This document shows positions 55,797 through 64,000 of a stretch of DNA of 64,000 bases, one piece after another. The notes below the pieces were generated by a model, which had not been told where the DNA came from, searched no databases, and saw nothing but the letters and a program-made list of their open reading frames with translations. Numbering within the stretch: the first letter of the stretch is position 1; every line of letters starts with the position of its first letter. Source of the stretch: an uncultured Tabrizicola sp. (GTDB lineage Bacteria > Pseudomonadota > Alphaproteobacteria > Rhodobacterales > Rhodobacteraceae); assembly GCA_964393035.1 (NCBI GenBank), contig CAYMRX010000003.1, forward strand, positions 212,846 through 276,845, read 5' to 3'. The translations under genes were made by a program, and so were the position numbers.

Positions 55797-56738
55797 ATGA
55801 CAGCAATGAACAGAGGCGTTTTCAAGGGAAAGCCCGTGCAAAGGCGGATCATTTTGACCGGACTTGCCCTAGCGGCAAGCATCACGCTTTGGCGGCTCCT
55901 GCGCAGGCCCGCGCAAGGCGACACGCAAGCGGAGACGGCCTTTGGCCAAGCACTTGCCGCCCCCACCGGGCCGATGAAAACCTATCACCTTGGCCACAGC
56001 CTTGTCGGGCGCGACATGCCTGCGATGCTGGCCCAACTGGCGGGTCACACCCATCACAGCCAGCTTGGCTGGGGCGCCTCCTTGGGTGATCACTGGTCCG
56101 GGCAGGTGAACGGCTTTGCAACGGAAAACGCCCACCTCGCCCACCGCCCCGTGCGCAAGGCGCTGGCCAGCGGCGATTATGCCGCCGTGATTTTCACCGA
56201 GATGGTCGAATTGCGTGACGCCATACGCCACCACAACAGCGCCGCGCGGCTGGTCGATTGGGCCACTCTTGCCCGCAAGGCCCGCCCTGATGTGCGGCTC
56301 TATCTTTACGAAACCTGGCACCGCCTTGACGACCCTGCAGGCTGGCTGGAGCGGATCGACACCGATCTGCCCGCGCTGTGGCAGGCGCAGATCCTGCAAC
56401 CGGCGATGCAAAAGGCTGGCGATATCTATCTGATCCCCGCAGGGCAGGTGATGGCCGCCGCCGTCCGCATGGCCGAGGCAGGACAGTTGCCGGGCCTTAG
56501 CACCCGGCGCGATTTCTTTGCAGATGACATTCATCCGAATGATCTGGGCAACTGGCTGGTCGCCATGACGCATTATGCCGTGATGTATCACCGCACGCCA
56601 CTTGGCCTGCCGGCCCAACTGGCCCGCGCCGATGGCAGGCCTGCCACGCCACCTTTGCCCGATACCGCGCATTTTCTGCAAGAACTGGTCTGGAAGGTGG
56701 TGACAGGCTATCCTGCCAGCGGAGTTGCAAAGGTTTAA
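55797..56738 (+). CDS. Membrane-anchored SGNH-like hydrolase-fold protein (GHS variant of block I)
   Basis: Start at the internal ATG (MTAMNRG...). N-terminal TM RRIILTGLALAASITLWRLL. Block I-like HLGHSLVG and block V-like FFADDIHPNDLG. Paralogous to the N-terminal domain of the next gene. Confidence 0.6.
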   Translation: MTAMNRGVFKGKPVQRRIILTGLALAASITLWRLLRRPAQGDTQAETAFGQALAAPTGPMKTYHLGHSLVGRDMPAMLAQLAGHTHHSQLGWGASLGDHWSGQVNGFATENAHLAHRPVRKALASGDYAAVIFTEMVELRDAIRHHNSAARLVDWATLARKARPDVRLYLYETWHRLDDPAGWLERIDTDLPALWQAQILQPAMQKAGDIYLIPAGQVMAAAVRMAEAGQLPGLSTRRDFFADDIHPNDLGNWLVAMTHYAVMYHRTPLGLPAQLARADGRPATPPLPDTAHFLQELVWKVVTGYPASGVAKV

Positions 56739-56740
56739 CC

Positions 56741-59128
56741 ATGTCGGTGTTTTCGGTTCTGGCGGATGTCCTGATGGTGGGCCACAGCCTGTTTGGTGGC
56801 GACACCGCGTTGCTGACCGAATCCGCCCTGCGCGCCATGACCGGGCCTTCGGTGGTCGAAACCCAGATCATCAATGGCGCAAGCCTTGCCTATAACTGGG
56901 ACAATTCTGCCAATGCCGAAGGCGTGGATGCCCGTGCGCGCCTTGCCGCGCGCCCCGCCGATGTGCTGATCCTGACCGAAGCCATCCCGGTTGCCGGCCA
57001 TGTCAAATGGTCAGACACCGCCGGAAACGTTGCGAAATTCACAAACCTTGCACGCGAGGCGAACCCCGACGTGCGGGTGTTCCTGTTCGAAGGCTGGCCC
57101 AGCCGCGATCCGCAGGCCTCCCCCAAAGATGACCCCAACGCCGCGCTGCCATGGCGCGAGCGGCTGGTGAAAGACCTGTCCCTCTGGCAAGGCGCAGCGG
57201 GCGAAGGGGTTCAGATCATCCCGGCGGGTCAGGCGCTGGCCCGGCTGGACGATGCGATTGCCGCAGGCAACGTGCCGGGGATCGACAGCCTTGACGCCAT
57301 CTTTGCGGATGACATTCATCTGAATGGCAAAGGCCAGTATTTCGCCGCCATGGTAATCGCCGGGGCCGTGACTGGCGCCTCTCCCGAAGGGCTGCCCGCC
57401 AAGCTGACCCGCGTCTGGACCAGCCGCGATGCCCAATTGACCGATGCGCAGGCAACCGCCTTTCAACAGGTGGCATGGGCAGCCGTGTCAGAGGCGCGCG
57501 CGGCAACCCAAATGCCCAAGACCAGCGAGAAGGCCAAACCGCAGGCCCTGCCCGACTTCACCCCCATCACCAACCCCAACCTGTCGCTTGGGCTGGCGGG
57601 GGTAAATGACTGGTCGGTGCAGCAGCCCTTTCTTGATGTGATGAAAACCGCCCGGCCTTGGGTCGGCCATCTGCCCGGCCAATGGGGCGGCTGGGGGCAT
57701 GATGACCTTGCCGCCAAGGGCTATCTTGACGCCAACGGCTGGCCCAAATCCCTGCCGCCCGAAGTGTCCGGTCTTTCAACCCTGATCCTGACCGATCTGC
57801 CCGCAGACGCAGGCGGCGTTGCCGGGCGTTATGTGCTGACATGGCAGGGCCAAGGCACGCTTGCCGTCGAAGGCCGGGCCAAGGTGGCCGAGGCGGTGCC
57901 GGGGCGCATCGAGTTTGACTATAGCCCCGGTGACGGCGCGGTGATGATAACGCTGACCGCCATCGCCCCCGCCGATCCGATCCGCAACATCGTGGTGGTG
58001 CGGCAAGACCGGGCCAAGGCACTGGCGGCAGGGCAGATTTTCAACCCCGACTGGCTGGCGCGGATAAAGGGGGTAAAGGCGATCCGCTTCATGGATTGGA
58101 TGGCCACCAATGACAGCCTGCTCGCCAAAGCGTCGGATCGCCCGAAACCCGCCGATTACACTTGGGCGCGTCAGGGTGTGCCGATGGAAATCCTGATCGC
58201 CTTGGCCAATGCGCTGGATGCAGACCCTTGGTTCACGTTGCCGCACCTGTCCGAAGATGCTCTGGTGCGCGACTTCGCCAAGCTGGCCCATGCAGGGTTG
58301 AACCCCGGCCTTGTCGCGCATGTGGAATTTTCCAACGAGGTCTGGAACTGGCAATTCGCCCAAGCGCATTGGACCGAAGAACAGGGCAAGGCCCTGTGGC
58401 ATCAGGAGGGCACATGGGTGCAATTCTACGCCCGCCGTGCCGCCGAAGTGGCCGATATCTGGGCCGATGTGTTCAAGGATGATCCGGCGCGGCTGGTGCG
58501 GGTGATCGCCGTGCAAACCGGCTGGCTGGGGCTGGAGGCACAAATCCTTGATGCCCCGCTTGTCGTGGCCGAAGGGCGCGCGCCCCCGGTTGACAGCTTT
58601 GATGCCTATGCCGTGACCGGCTATTTCTCCGCCCTTCTTGGTGCGGATGAAAAGGCGCTGACCGTCAAGAGCTGGCTTGTGCAATCGCGCGATGCCGACC
58701 CCGCGCAGCCCTATCAACTCGCCAATGAAATCGCCGCCGAGGAACTCCGCGATGGCTCCGTCACCGGCAATGCGGAAGACAGCCTGTCCCGGCTTTTGAC
58801 CGAAGTTTTACCCTATCATGCCAGCATCACCGCCAAACGCGGGTTGAAGCTGCTGATGTATGAAGGCGGCACGCATGTCGTGGGGTTCGGCGCACAGATG
58901 GAGGATGGCGAACTGACCGCTTTCTTCGAACAGCTCAACTATTCTCCGGAAATGGGCATGCTTTATGCCGACCTGCTGGCCGGGTGGCAGGCGATTTCGG
59001 ATCAGCCCTTCAATGCCTTTGTCGATGTTTATCGGCCCGGAAAATGGGGCGCTTGGGGGGCGTTGCGACATCTGGGCGATGACAATCCACGCTGGCAGGC
59101 TTTGGCGAAAGGATGCGACAGGTGCTAA
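56741..59128 (+). CDS. Fusion protein: N-terminal SGNH-like domain (GHS variant) plus a large C-terminal domain with clan GH-A-like NE/E signatures
   Basis: 795 aa. N-terminal motifs MVGHSLFG and IFADDIHLNGKG. C-terminal motifs IRFMDWMATND, EFSNEVWNW (candidate acid/base) and LLMYEGGTH (candidate nucleophile). No signal peptide seen. Confidence 0.62.
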   Translation: MSVFSVLADVLMVGHSLFGGDTALLTESALRAMTGPSVVETQIINGASLAYNWDNSANAEGVDARARLAARPADVLILTEAIPVAGHVKWSDTAGNVAKFTNLAREANPDVRVFLFEGWPSRDPQASPKDDPNAALPWRERLVKDLSLWQGAAGEGVQIIPAGQALARLDDAIAAGNVPGIDSLDAIFADDIHLNGKGQYFAAMVIAGAVTGASPEGLPAKLTRVWTSRDAQLTDAQATAFQQVAWAAVSEARAATQMPKTSEKAKPQALPDFTPITNPNLSLGLAGVNDWSVQQPFLDVMKTARPWVGHLPGQWGGWGHDDLAAKGYLDANGWPKSLPPEVSGLSTLILTDLPADAGGVAGRYVLTWQGQGTLAVEGRAKVAEAVPGRIEFDYSPGDGAVMITLTAIAPADPIRNIVVVRQDRAKALAAGQIFNPDWLARIKGVKAIRFMDWMATNDSLLAKASDRPKPADYTWARQGVPMEILIALANALDADPWFTLPHLSEDALVRDFAKLAHAGLNPGLVAHVEFSNEVWNWQFAQAHWTEEQGKALWHQEGTWVQFYARRAAEVADIWADVFKDDPARLVRVIAVQTGWLGLEAQILDAPLVVAEGRAPPVDSFDAYAVTGYFSALLGADEKALTVKSWLVQSRDADPAQPYQLANEIAAEELRDGSVTGNAEDSLSRLLTEVLPYHASITAKRGLKLLMYEGGTHVVGFGAQMEDGELTAFFEQLNYSPEMGMLYADLLAGWQAISDQPFNAFVDVYRPGKWGAWGALRHLGDDNPRWQALAKGCDRC

Positions 59129-59943
59129 GTGTTATCATCCCCGCCTCGAACGAAGCGGATTATATCGGCCCCTGCCTGACCGCCCTGTTTGCCAGCCACC
59201 CTATCCCCGGCGGGGCCGAGACGATTGTGGTGGCCAATGGCTGCCGCGATGAAACCGCAGACCGCGCCCGCGCCATGGCGGCCACGGCACATGCGGCGGG
59301 CTGGGGCTTTCAGGTGCTGGACCTTGCCCAAGGCGGCAAGCCCAATGCCCTGAACGCGGGCGACCGCGTGGCCTCCGGCGACCTGCGCGCCTATTTGGAC
59401 GCCGATGTGATCGTGGCGCCCGCCGTCATGGCCGAACTTGCCCGTGCATTGACGGCTGATATGCCGCGCTATGCTGGTGCCACCCCGCACATCCCGCGCG
59501 CCCGCAGCGCCGTGACCCGCGCCTATGCAAGGTTCTGGCAGCGCCTGCCCTTTGCCCAAAGCGTGGCCCCCGGCTACGGTCTTTTCGCCGTCAATGCCGC
59601 GGGCCGCACCCGCTGGGGGGATTTTCCGGCCATCATCTCGGATGACACGTTCGTGCGCCTGCAATTCACCCCTGAGGAACGGGGGCAAGTGCCTGCCCCC
59701 TATGACTGGCCGATGATCGAAGGTTTTGCCGCCCTGACCCGCGTGCGCCGCCGTCAGGATGCGGGCGTGGCCGAGATTGACCGGCTTTACCCCGGCCTGT
59801 TGTCGCGCGAGGGCAAACCACGCCTGACCAAACCCGCCCTTGCCAAATTGGCGCTGCAAGACCCCATCGGCTTTGCCACCTATGCTGCCGTCTCGCTGGC
59901 CGTGCGCTTGGGCAAATCGGTGGGCTGGACGCGGGGGCGATAA
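59113..59943 (+). CDS. Family 2 glycosyltransferase
   Basis: 276 aa. N-terminal LSVIIPASNEADYIGPCL and DxD (YLDADVIV). The start may be GTG at 59122. Confidence 0.85.
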   Translation: MRQVLSVIIPASNEADYIGPCLTALFASHPIPGGAETIVVANGCRDETADRARAMAATAHAAGWGFQVLDLAQGGKPNALNAGDRVASGDLRAYLDADVIVAPAVMAELARALTADMPRYAGATPHIPRARSAVTRAYARFWQRLPFAQSVAPGYGLFAVNAAGRTRWGDFPAIISDDTFVRLQFTPEERGQVPAPYDWPMIEGFAALTRVRRRQDAGVAEIDRLYPGLLSREGKPRLTKPALAKLALQDPIGFATYAAVSLAVRLGKSVGWTRGR

Positions 59944-60082
59944 ACGGCGCGAAGTTTTCAGGGCTTCCTCGCATTACGGGGTTGCGCCGCAACAGGTTTC
60001 AAAGGCAATTCTGCCTGCAACGGCGCTTTGGCGGCTGACAGTCTCGGATGTGATGGCCCCTGATCGGGCCAAGGGTAGGAAA

Positions 60083-60916
60083 ATGATGAAAACGATCTCG
60101 GAAAACCGGTGTTTCGACGGCGTGCAGGGGGTGTATAGCCATGCCTCGCAGGCGACAGGCGGCGATATGACCTTTGGCCTTTTCCTGCCGGAGGAGGCGG
60201 AAACCGGCGCGGTTCCGGTGATCTGGTATCTGTCGGGCCTGACCTGCACCCATGAAAACGCCATGACCAAGGCCGGCGCCCAGCGCTGGGCGGCAGAGAT
60301 GGGCGTGGCGCTGGTGTTCCCCGATACCTCCCCCCGTGGCGAAGGTGTCGCCAATGACGCAGCCTATGATCTCGGCCAAGGCGCGGGGTTCTATGTGAAC
60401 GCCACCCAAGCCCCTTGGGCGCCGCATTTCCGCATGTGGGATTATGTGACCGAGGAACTCCCCCGCGTGCTGTTCAACTCTTTCCCGCTGGCCGAAGAAG
60501 CCCAAGCCATCACGGGCCACTCGATGGGCGGTCATGGTGCGCTGACCATCGCGATGAGCTTTCCGGGCCGCTTCCGTTCGGTTTCCGCCTTCTCGCCGAT
60601 CTGCAACCCGACCGCCTCTGATTGGGGCCGCAAACAGTTCACCGCCTATCTTGGCAGTGACGAATCCACCTGGGCCGCCCATGACGCGACTTTGTTGATG
60701 AAGAAGCGCGGCTTTGATGGGCCGATCCTGATCGACCAAGGCACTTCAGACCAGTTCATCGACCTTTTGAAGCCGGAAGCCCTGTCCGCCGCGATGGCCG
60801 AACGCCGTCAGGGTGGCATCTTCCGCATGCAAAAGGGCTATGACCACAGCTATTTCTTCGTCTCCAGCTTCATGGAAGAACACATCGCCTTCCACGCACA
60901 GGCGCTGCACGGCTGA
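60083..60916 (+). CDS. fghA: S-formylglutathione hydrolase (esterase D family)
   Basis: Start at the internal ATG ([13 protein letters not shown]). Motifs [10 protein letters not shown] (GxSxG) and YDHSYFF. Confidence 0.9.
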   Translation: MMKTISENRCFDGVQGVYSHASQATGGDMTFGLFLPEEAETGAVPVIWYLSGLTCTHENAMTKAGAQRWAAEMGVALVFPDTSPRGEGVANDAAYDLGQGAGFYVNATQAPWAPHFRMWDYVTEELPRVLFNSFPLAEEAQAITGHSMGGHGALTIAMSFPGRFRSVSAFSPICNPTASDWGRKQFTAYLGSDESTWAAHDATLLMKKRGFDGPILIDQGTSDQFIDLLKPEALSAAMAERRQGGIFRMQKGYDHSYFFVSSFMEEHIAFHAQALHG

Positions 60917-61359
60917 TGGTGATCTGGATCGACGCCGACGCCTGCCCCGTCAAGGACGAGGCCGAGCGGGTCGCCACCCGGCACCGGGTGCGGATGGTTC
61001 TGGTGTCGAATGGCGGCATCCGGCCCAGCGCCAACCCGCTGGTTGAAAGCGTCTATGTCACCGCTGGCCCTGATGAGGCCGACAAACACATCGCTGGCGC
61101 CTGCCAGCCCGGCGATGTGGTGGTGACGGGCGACATTCCCTTGGCCGCGAAATGCGTGGCGGCAGGGGCGCAGGTCATCAAGCCAAACGGCGAAGTGTTG
61201 ACCACTGCCAACATCGGCATGGCTTTGGCTACCCGTGATCTGATGCAAGACCTGCGGTCGGCCGACCCGTTCCGCCAAGGCGGCGGCAGGCCATTTTCCA
61301 AGGCGGACAGATCACGCTTTCTTGACCAATTGGACCGGTTGGTCAAAGCCGCCACCTGA
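60916..61359 (+). CDS. YaiI/YqxD-family protein (UPF0178/DUF188)
   Basis: 147 aa. N-terminal [10 protein letters not shown] motif. The start overlaps the fghA stop (TGATG). Confidence 0.85.
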   Translation: MVIWIDADACPVKDEAERVATRHRVRMVLVSNGGIRPSANPLVESVYVTAGPDEADKHIAGACQPGDVVVTGDIPLAAKCVAAGAQVIKPNGEVLTTANIGMALATRDLMQDLRSADPFRQGGGRPFSKADRSRFLDQLDRLVKAAT

Positions 61360-61408
61360 TGTCGCGCCCAAGATAGATTCCCCCACCCGTCACGTTTTGA
61401 CTAACCCC

Positions 61409-62371
61409 ATGAACACACAACCGAAAAGCAATGCCTCGGGTATTCTTCTGGCCTTGGGTGGCGGGATAATCCTGTCGATGAACGATCTGGCGATCAAGGC
61501 GCTGTCAGGCGCCTATGCGCTGCACCAGATCATCCTGATCCGCGCCTTCATTGGCATTGCGCTGGTGCTGGCGCTGATGTGGATCTCCAAGGCCGGGTTC
61601 GGACAGATTCTGACCCGCCGACCCGGTGCACATCTGATCCGCACCTGCATCGTGATGGTGTCAAACATCACCTATTTCGTCGGCCTGTCGCTGATGCCCT
61701 TGGCCGATGCGGTGGCGGTGGCCTTCGTGTCCCCCCTGTTCGTCACCATGATGTCGGCGCTGATCTTGGGCGAACAGGTCGGCCCGCGGCGCTGGGCGGC
61801 GGTGGCGATGGGGCTTTTGGGCGTCGTCATCATGACACGGCCGGGCCAAGGCATGATCCAGCCCGCCGCGATCCTCGTCCTCATTTCCGCCTTTTGCTAT
61901 GCCTCATCCCACATGATGACGCGGCAGATGCGCGATACGGAAAGTGCCGCAACCCTGTCGTTTTATGTGCAGGTGGGGTTCATCATCGTCTCGTCCACCT
62001 TCGGCATCCTGACCGGAGACGGCCATATGGCCCAAGCCCCCGGCAGCACATGGGAATTCCTGTTCCGCCCATGGGTCATGCCCCCCTTCGCCGATTGGTG
62101 GGCCTTTGTGGCCACCGGCATGGCCGTGGGCATCGGCGGGCTGATGATGAGCCAGGCCTACCGCACCACCGAAGCCGCCCTTGTCGCGCCCTTCGAATAT
62201 ATCGGCATGCCAATGGCGATCTTCTGGGGCGTGGTGGTCTTTGGCACATGGCCCGACCACACCGCCTGGGCAGGGATTGCGCTCATCTGCGGGGCGGGGC
62301 TTTATACGCTCTGGCGCGAAACCGTGCGCCGGAAGGTGCAGGATGTCGCAGCCCCAAGTGGAGATATGTGA
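61409..62371 (+). CDS. DMT-superfamily (EamA-type) transporter
   Basis: Start at the internal ATG (MNTQPKSNASGILLALGGG). About 10 TM helices with tandem EamA-like halves. Confidence 0.87.
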   Translation: MNTQPKSNASGILLALGGGIILSMNDLAIKALSGAYALHQIILIRAFIGIALVLALMWISKAGFGQILTRRPGAHLIRTCIVMVSNITYFVGLSLMPLADAVAVAFVSPLFVTMMSALILGEQVGPRRWAAVAMGLLGVVIMTRPGQGMIQPAAILVLISAFCYASSHMMTRQMRDTESAATLSFYVQVGFIIVSSTFGILTGDGHMAQAPGSTWEFLFRPWVMPPFADWWAFVATGMAVGIGGLMMSQAYRTTEAALVAPFEYIGMPMAIFWGVVVFGTWPDHTAWAGIALICGAGLYTLWRETVRRKVQDVAAPSGDM

Positions 62372-62380
62372 GGATTAATT

Positions 62381-63046
62381 TTGAATGTGACGATTGGCGC
62401 GGCGCAAACCGCGAGCAAAGACTTTTTCAGAAAATACATGCCGTTAGGGCGCGCGCTCGATACCTTGAAGCAGGGAATGTATCTCGCCGACCCGGAAAAA
62501 TGGGAAGATGGCAACGACAAGATTTGCATCCAGCGATATGCCGAGATTTTCAAGAAATCGGTTCGCGCCATCTGCGTGACCGAGGGCACAGAAAAGTATC
62601 ATCACTGGCGCAGTTACAGTGAACCCGGCCTGATGGTTGCCCTGCTGCTTCCCAGGAAAGCCTTCATAGCGCAATAGGACGCCCTTGCCTCACCTGATTA
62701 TCAAACCCGCCATGAGTCGATGAGCTATTTCCCAATTCGGCGGGCCGCCGAGATTGCCCCGGCAGATTTGGTATTCTCGAAGTTCAATGGATATGAAAGT
62801 GAACAGGAATATCGCTTTGTTGCCATGGCCGACAGATTAGAGAACCTTCCCCAGCGGCTCCCGCTTTCCGCAGATGCCGTCAAAGGGATTATCGTCAACC
62901 CTTGGGCGGACAACGATCTGGTCGAAGCCATTCGCATAGCGGTAAACGCCATTTCACCCTTCGCTTCGGTCAGTGTCACAAAATCAACTGTTCTTGGAAA
63001 AGACAAATGGATCGCGAAAATCAACGGCATCAGCCCCAAGCGGTGA
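62381..63046 (+). pseudogene. DUF2971-like ORF interrupted by a single in-frame TAG (62675-62677), in an AT-richer islet
   Basis: ORFs 62381-62677 and 62720-63046 share a frame, and the only stop between them is the TAG. The N-terminal part FFRKYMPLGRALDTLKQGMYLADPEKWEDGND and the C-terminal part YESEQEYRFV resemble DUF2971 signatures. Confidence 0.5.
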
Positions 63047-63651
63047 TCTTTGACATCGGCAATGTGCTGACCCGCTGGCAGCCCGAGGCTTTCTATGACC
63101 GGGTAATTGGTGAGGAGCGCCGCCGCGCGCTGTTTGCCGAGGTCGATCTGCACCACATGAATGATCTGGTGGATGCGGGCGGGTTGTTCAGGGAAACCAT
63201 CTACGATTGGGCGGAACGCACCCCACATTGGCAGGACGAAATCCGCCTATGGTATGATCGCTGGATCGAACTGGCCTCGCCCCGCATCGAAGGCGCCATC
63301 GCCTTGCAACGCGCGCTTCGTGCCAAAGGCGTTCCGGTCTTTGCTCTGACCAATTTCGGCAAGTATTCCTTCGAGGAAGCCCTGCCGAAAATGGACTTTC
63401 TGGCCGATTTTGACCGGCTTTATGTCTCAGGCCGGATGGGCGTCATCAAACCCGACCCTCGGATTTATGAAATGGTGGAGGCCGATTGCGGCTTGCCCCC
63501 GCAAAGCCTGCTCTTTACCGATGACCGCGCCGATAACATCGTGGCAGCGGCCCGGCGCGGCTGGCGGACGCATCAGTTCGAAAGCTGGCAGGGTTGGGCG
63601 GCGCGGCTGGTGGCCGAAGGGCTTTTGACAATGAAAGAGGCGGGGATATGA
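63007..63651 (+). CDS. HAD-superfamily hydrolase (subfamily IA-like)
   Basis: Start at the internal ATG (MDRENQRHQPQAVIFDIGNVL, motif I). Motifs LTNFG and TDDRADNI. Overlaps the DUF2971-like 3' end by 40 nt. Confidence 0.8.
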   Translation: MDRENQRHQPQAVIFDIGNVLTRWQPEAFYDRVIGEERRRALFAEVDLHHMNDLVDAGGLFRETIYDWAERTPHWQDEIRLWYDRWIELASPRIEGAIALQRALRAKGVPVFALTNFGKYSFEEALPKMDFLADFDRLYVSGRMGVIKPDPRIYEMVEADCGLPPQSLLFTDDRADNIVAAARRGWRTHQFESWQGWAARLVAEGLLTMKEAGI

Positions 63652-64000
63652 CCATGCAGATCGTGCCGAAAGAGGCGGAAAGCCTGCTGAGTTGGGCGGG
63701 GCTTCTGGATGCGTTTGAGGCAGGTCACCGCCTGCCGAAACCCGACATCAAGGATCTGTTCGTCTATCGCGGGCAAGACACCATTCTGGACCGCGCGACA
63801 TGGATTGATGGCTTGGGCGCCCTGGTCAAAGCGGCCACCGTGGTGCCGGGCAATGCCGCGCGCGGCTTGCCGTCGATCCACGGTGTCGTCACGTTGTTTG
63901 ACGACATCACCGGCGAGTTGACGCATCTGGTGGATTTCCATCTGGTGACCAAATGGAAAACCGCCGGCGACAGCCTCTTGTCAGCCCGCCGCCTCGCCCG
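63648..64000 (+). CDS. Ornithine cyclodeaminase/mu-crystallin family protein, 5' part (runs off the window)
   Basis: Translated by hand: MTMQIVPKEAESLLSWAGLLDAFEAGH...ATWIDGLGALVKAATVVPGN...HLVTKWKTAGDSLLSARRLA, the family-typical T..KT..DS.L motif. ATGA overlap with the HAD stop. No stop before 64000. Confidence 0.8.
   Translation, partial: MTMQIVPKEAESLLSWAGLLDAFEAGHRLPKPDIKDLFVYRGQDTILDRATWIDGLGALVKAATVVPGNAARGLPSIHGVVTLFDDITGELTHLVDFHLVTKWKTAGDSLLSARRLA

Noticed and set aside
62675-62677. The in-frame TAG of the DUF2971-like ORF as programmed recoding (pyrrolysine or read-through)
   Set aside because: No pyl genes or recoding signals are visible in the window, and alphaproteobacteria are not known to use Pyl. 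A nonsense mutation in a decaying acquired gene is the simpler explanation.
62381-63046. Calling the DUF2971-like islet an anti-phage defence gene
   Set aside because: It is a single disrupted gene of unknown function with no partner genes (nuclease, ATPase, methylase) and no mobile-element context. Nothing in the sequence supports a defence role.

Overview
This is a densely coding, high-GC chromosomal segment. Gene content and synteny (ccrM, DUF721-mutY, lspA-purH, MlaA/MlaC, M16 peptidase pair) point to an alphaproteobacterium of the Rhodobacterales type. I found no rRNA, tRNA, CRISPR array, transposase or integrase. Most of the window is core housekeeping: rnhB, ccrM, mutY, mutL, rmuC, lspA, purH, pmbA, zapE and a DEAD-box helicase. 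Five regions look accessory or unusual. (1) The left ~16 kb holds a tightly coupled minus-strand operon: cytochrome P450, a split PEP-synthase-like enzyme pair (phenylphosphate-synthase-like architecture), two paralogous HD-domain proteins, an aldehyde dehydrogenase, an SDR and a 2Fe-2S ferredoxin. A MEDS-like/SARP-type regulator sits upstream of it. A GMC oxidoreductase plus Liv-type ABC importer operon runs divergently. Both promoter regions carry a near-identical CCAAAG-N5-CCAAAG direct repeat. This is my best candidate for an undescribed small-molecule pathway. (2) An RND efflux operon is preceded by a membrane-anchored regulator with a C-terminal winged helix and by a small secreted protein. 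(3) A type I secretion ABC/MFP pair has no substrate or outer-membrane gene nearby. (4) A three-gene block encodes two paralogous SGNH-like (GHS motif) domains, one fused to a putative clan GH-A-like barrel, plus a GT2 glycosyltransferase. (5) A small AT-richer islet carries a DUF2971-like ORF broken by one in-frame TAG. Non-coding signals include twin 20-nt perfect palindromes between two saccharopine dehydrogenase genes, a GANTC cluster upstream of ccrM and several clean intrinsic terminators. All functional calls rest on motif recognition in the supplied translations; no database search was run.
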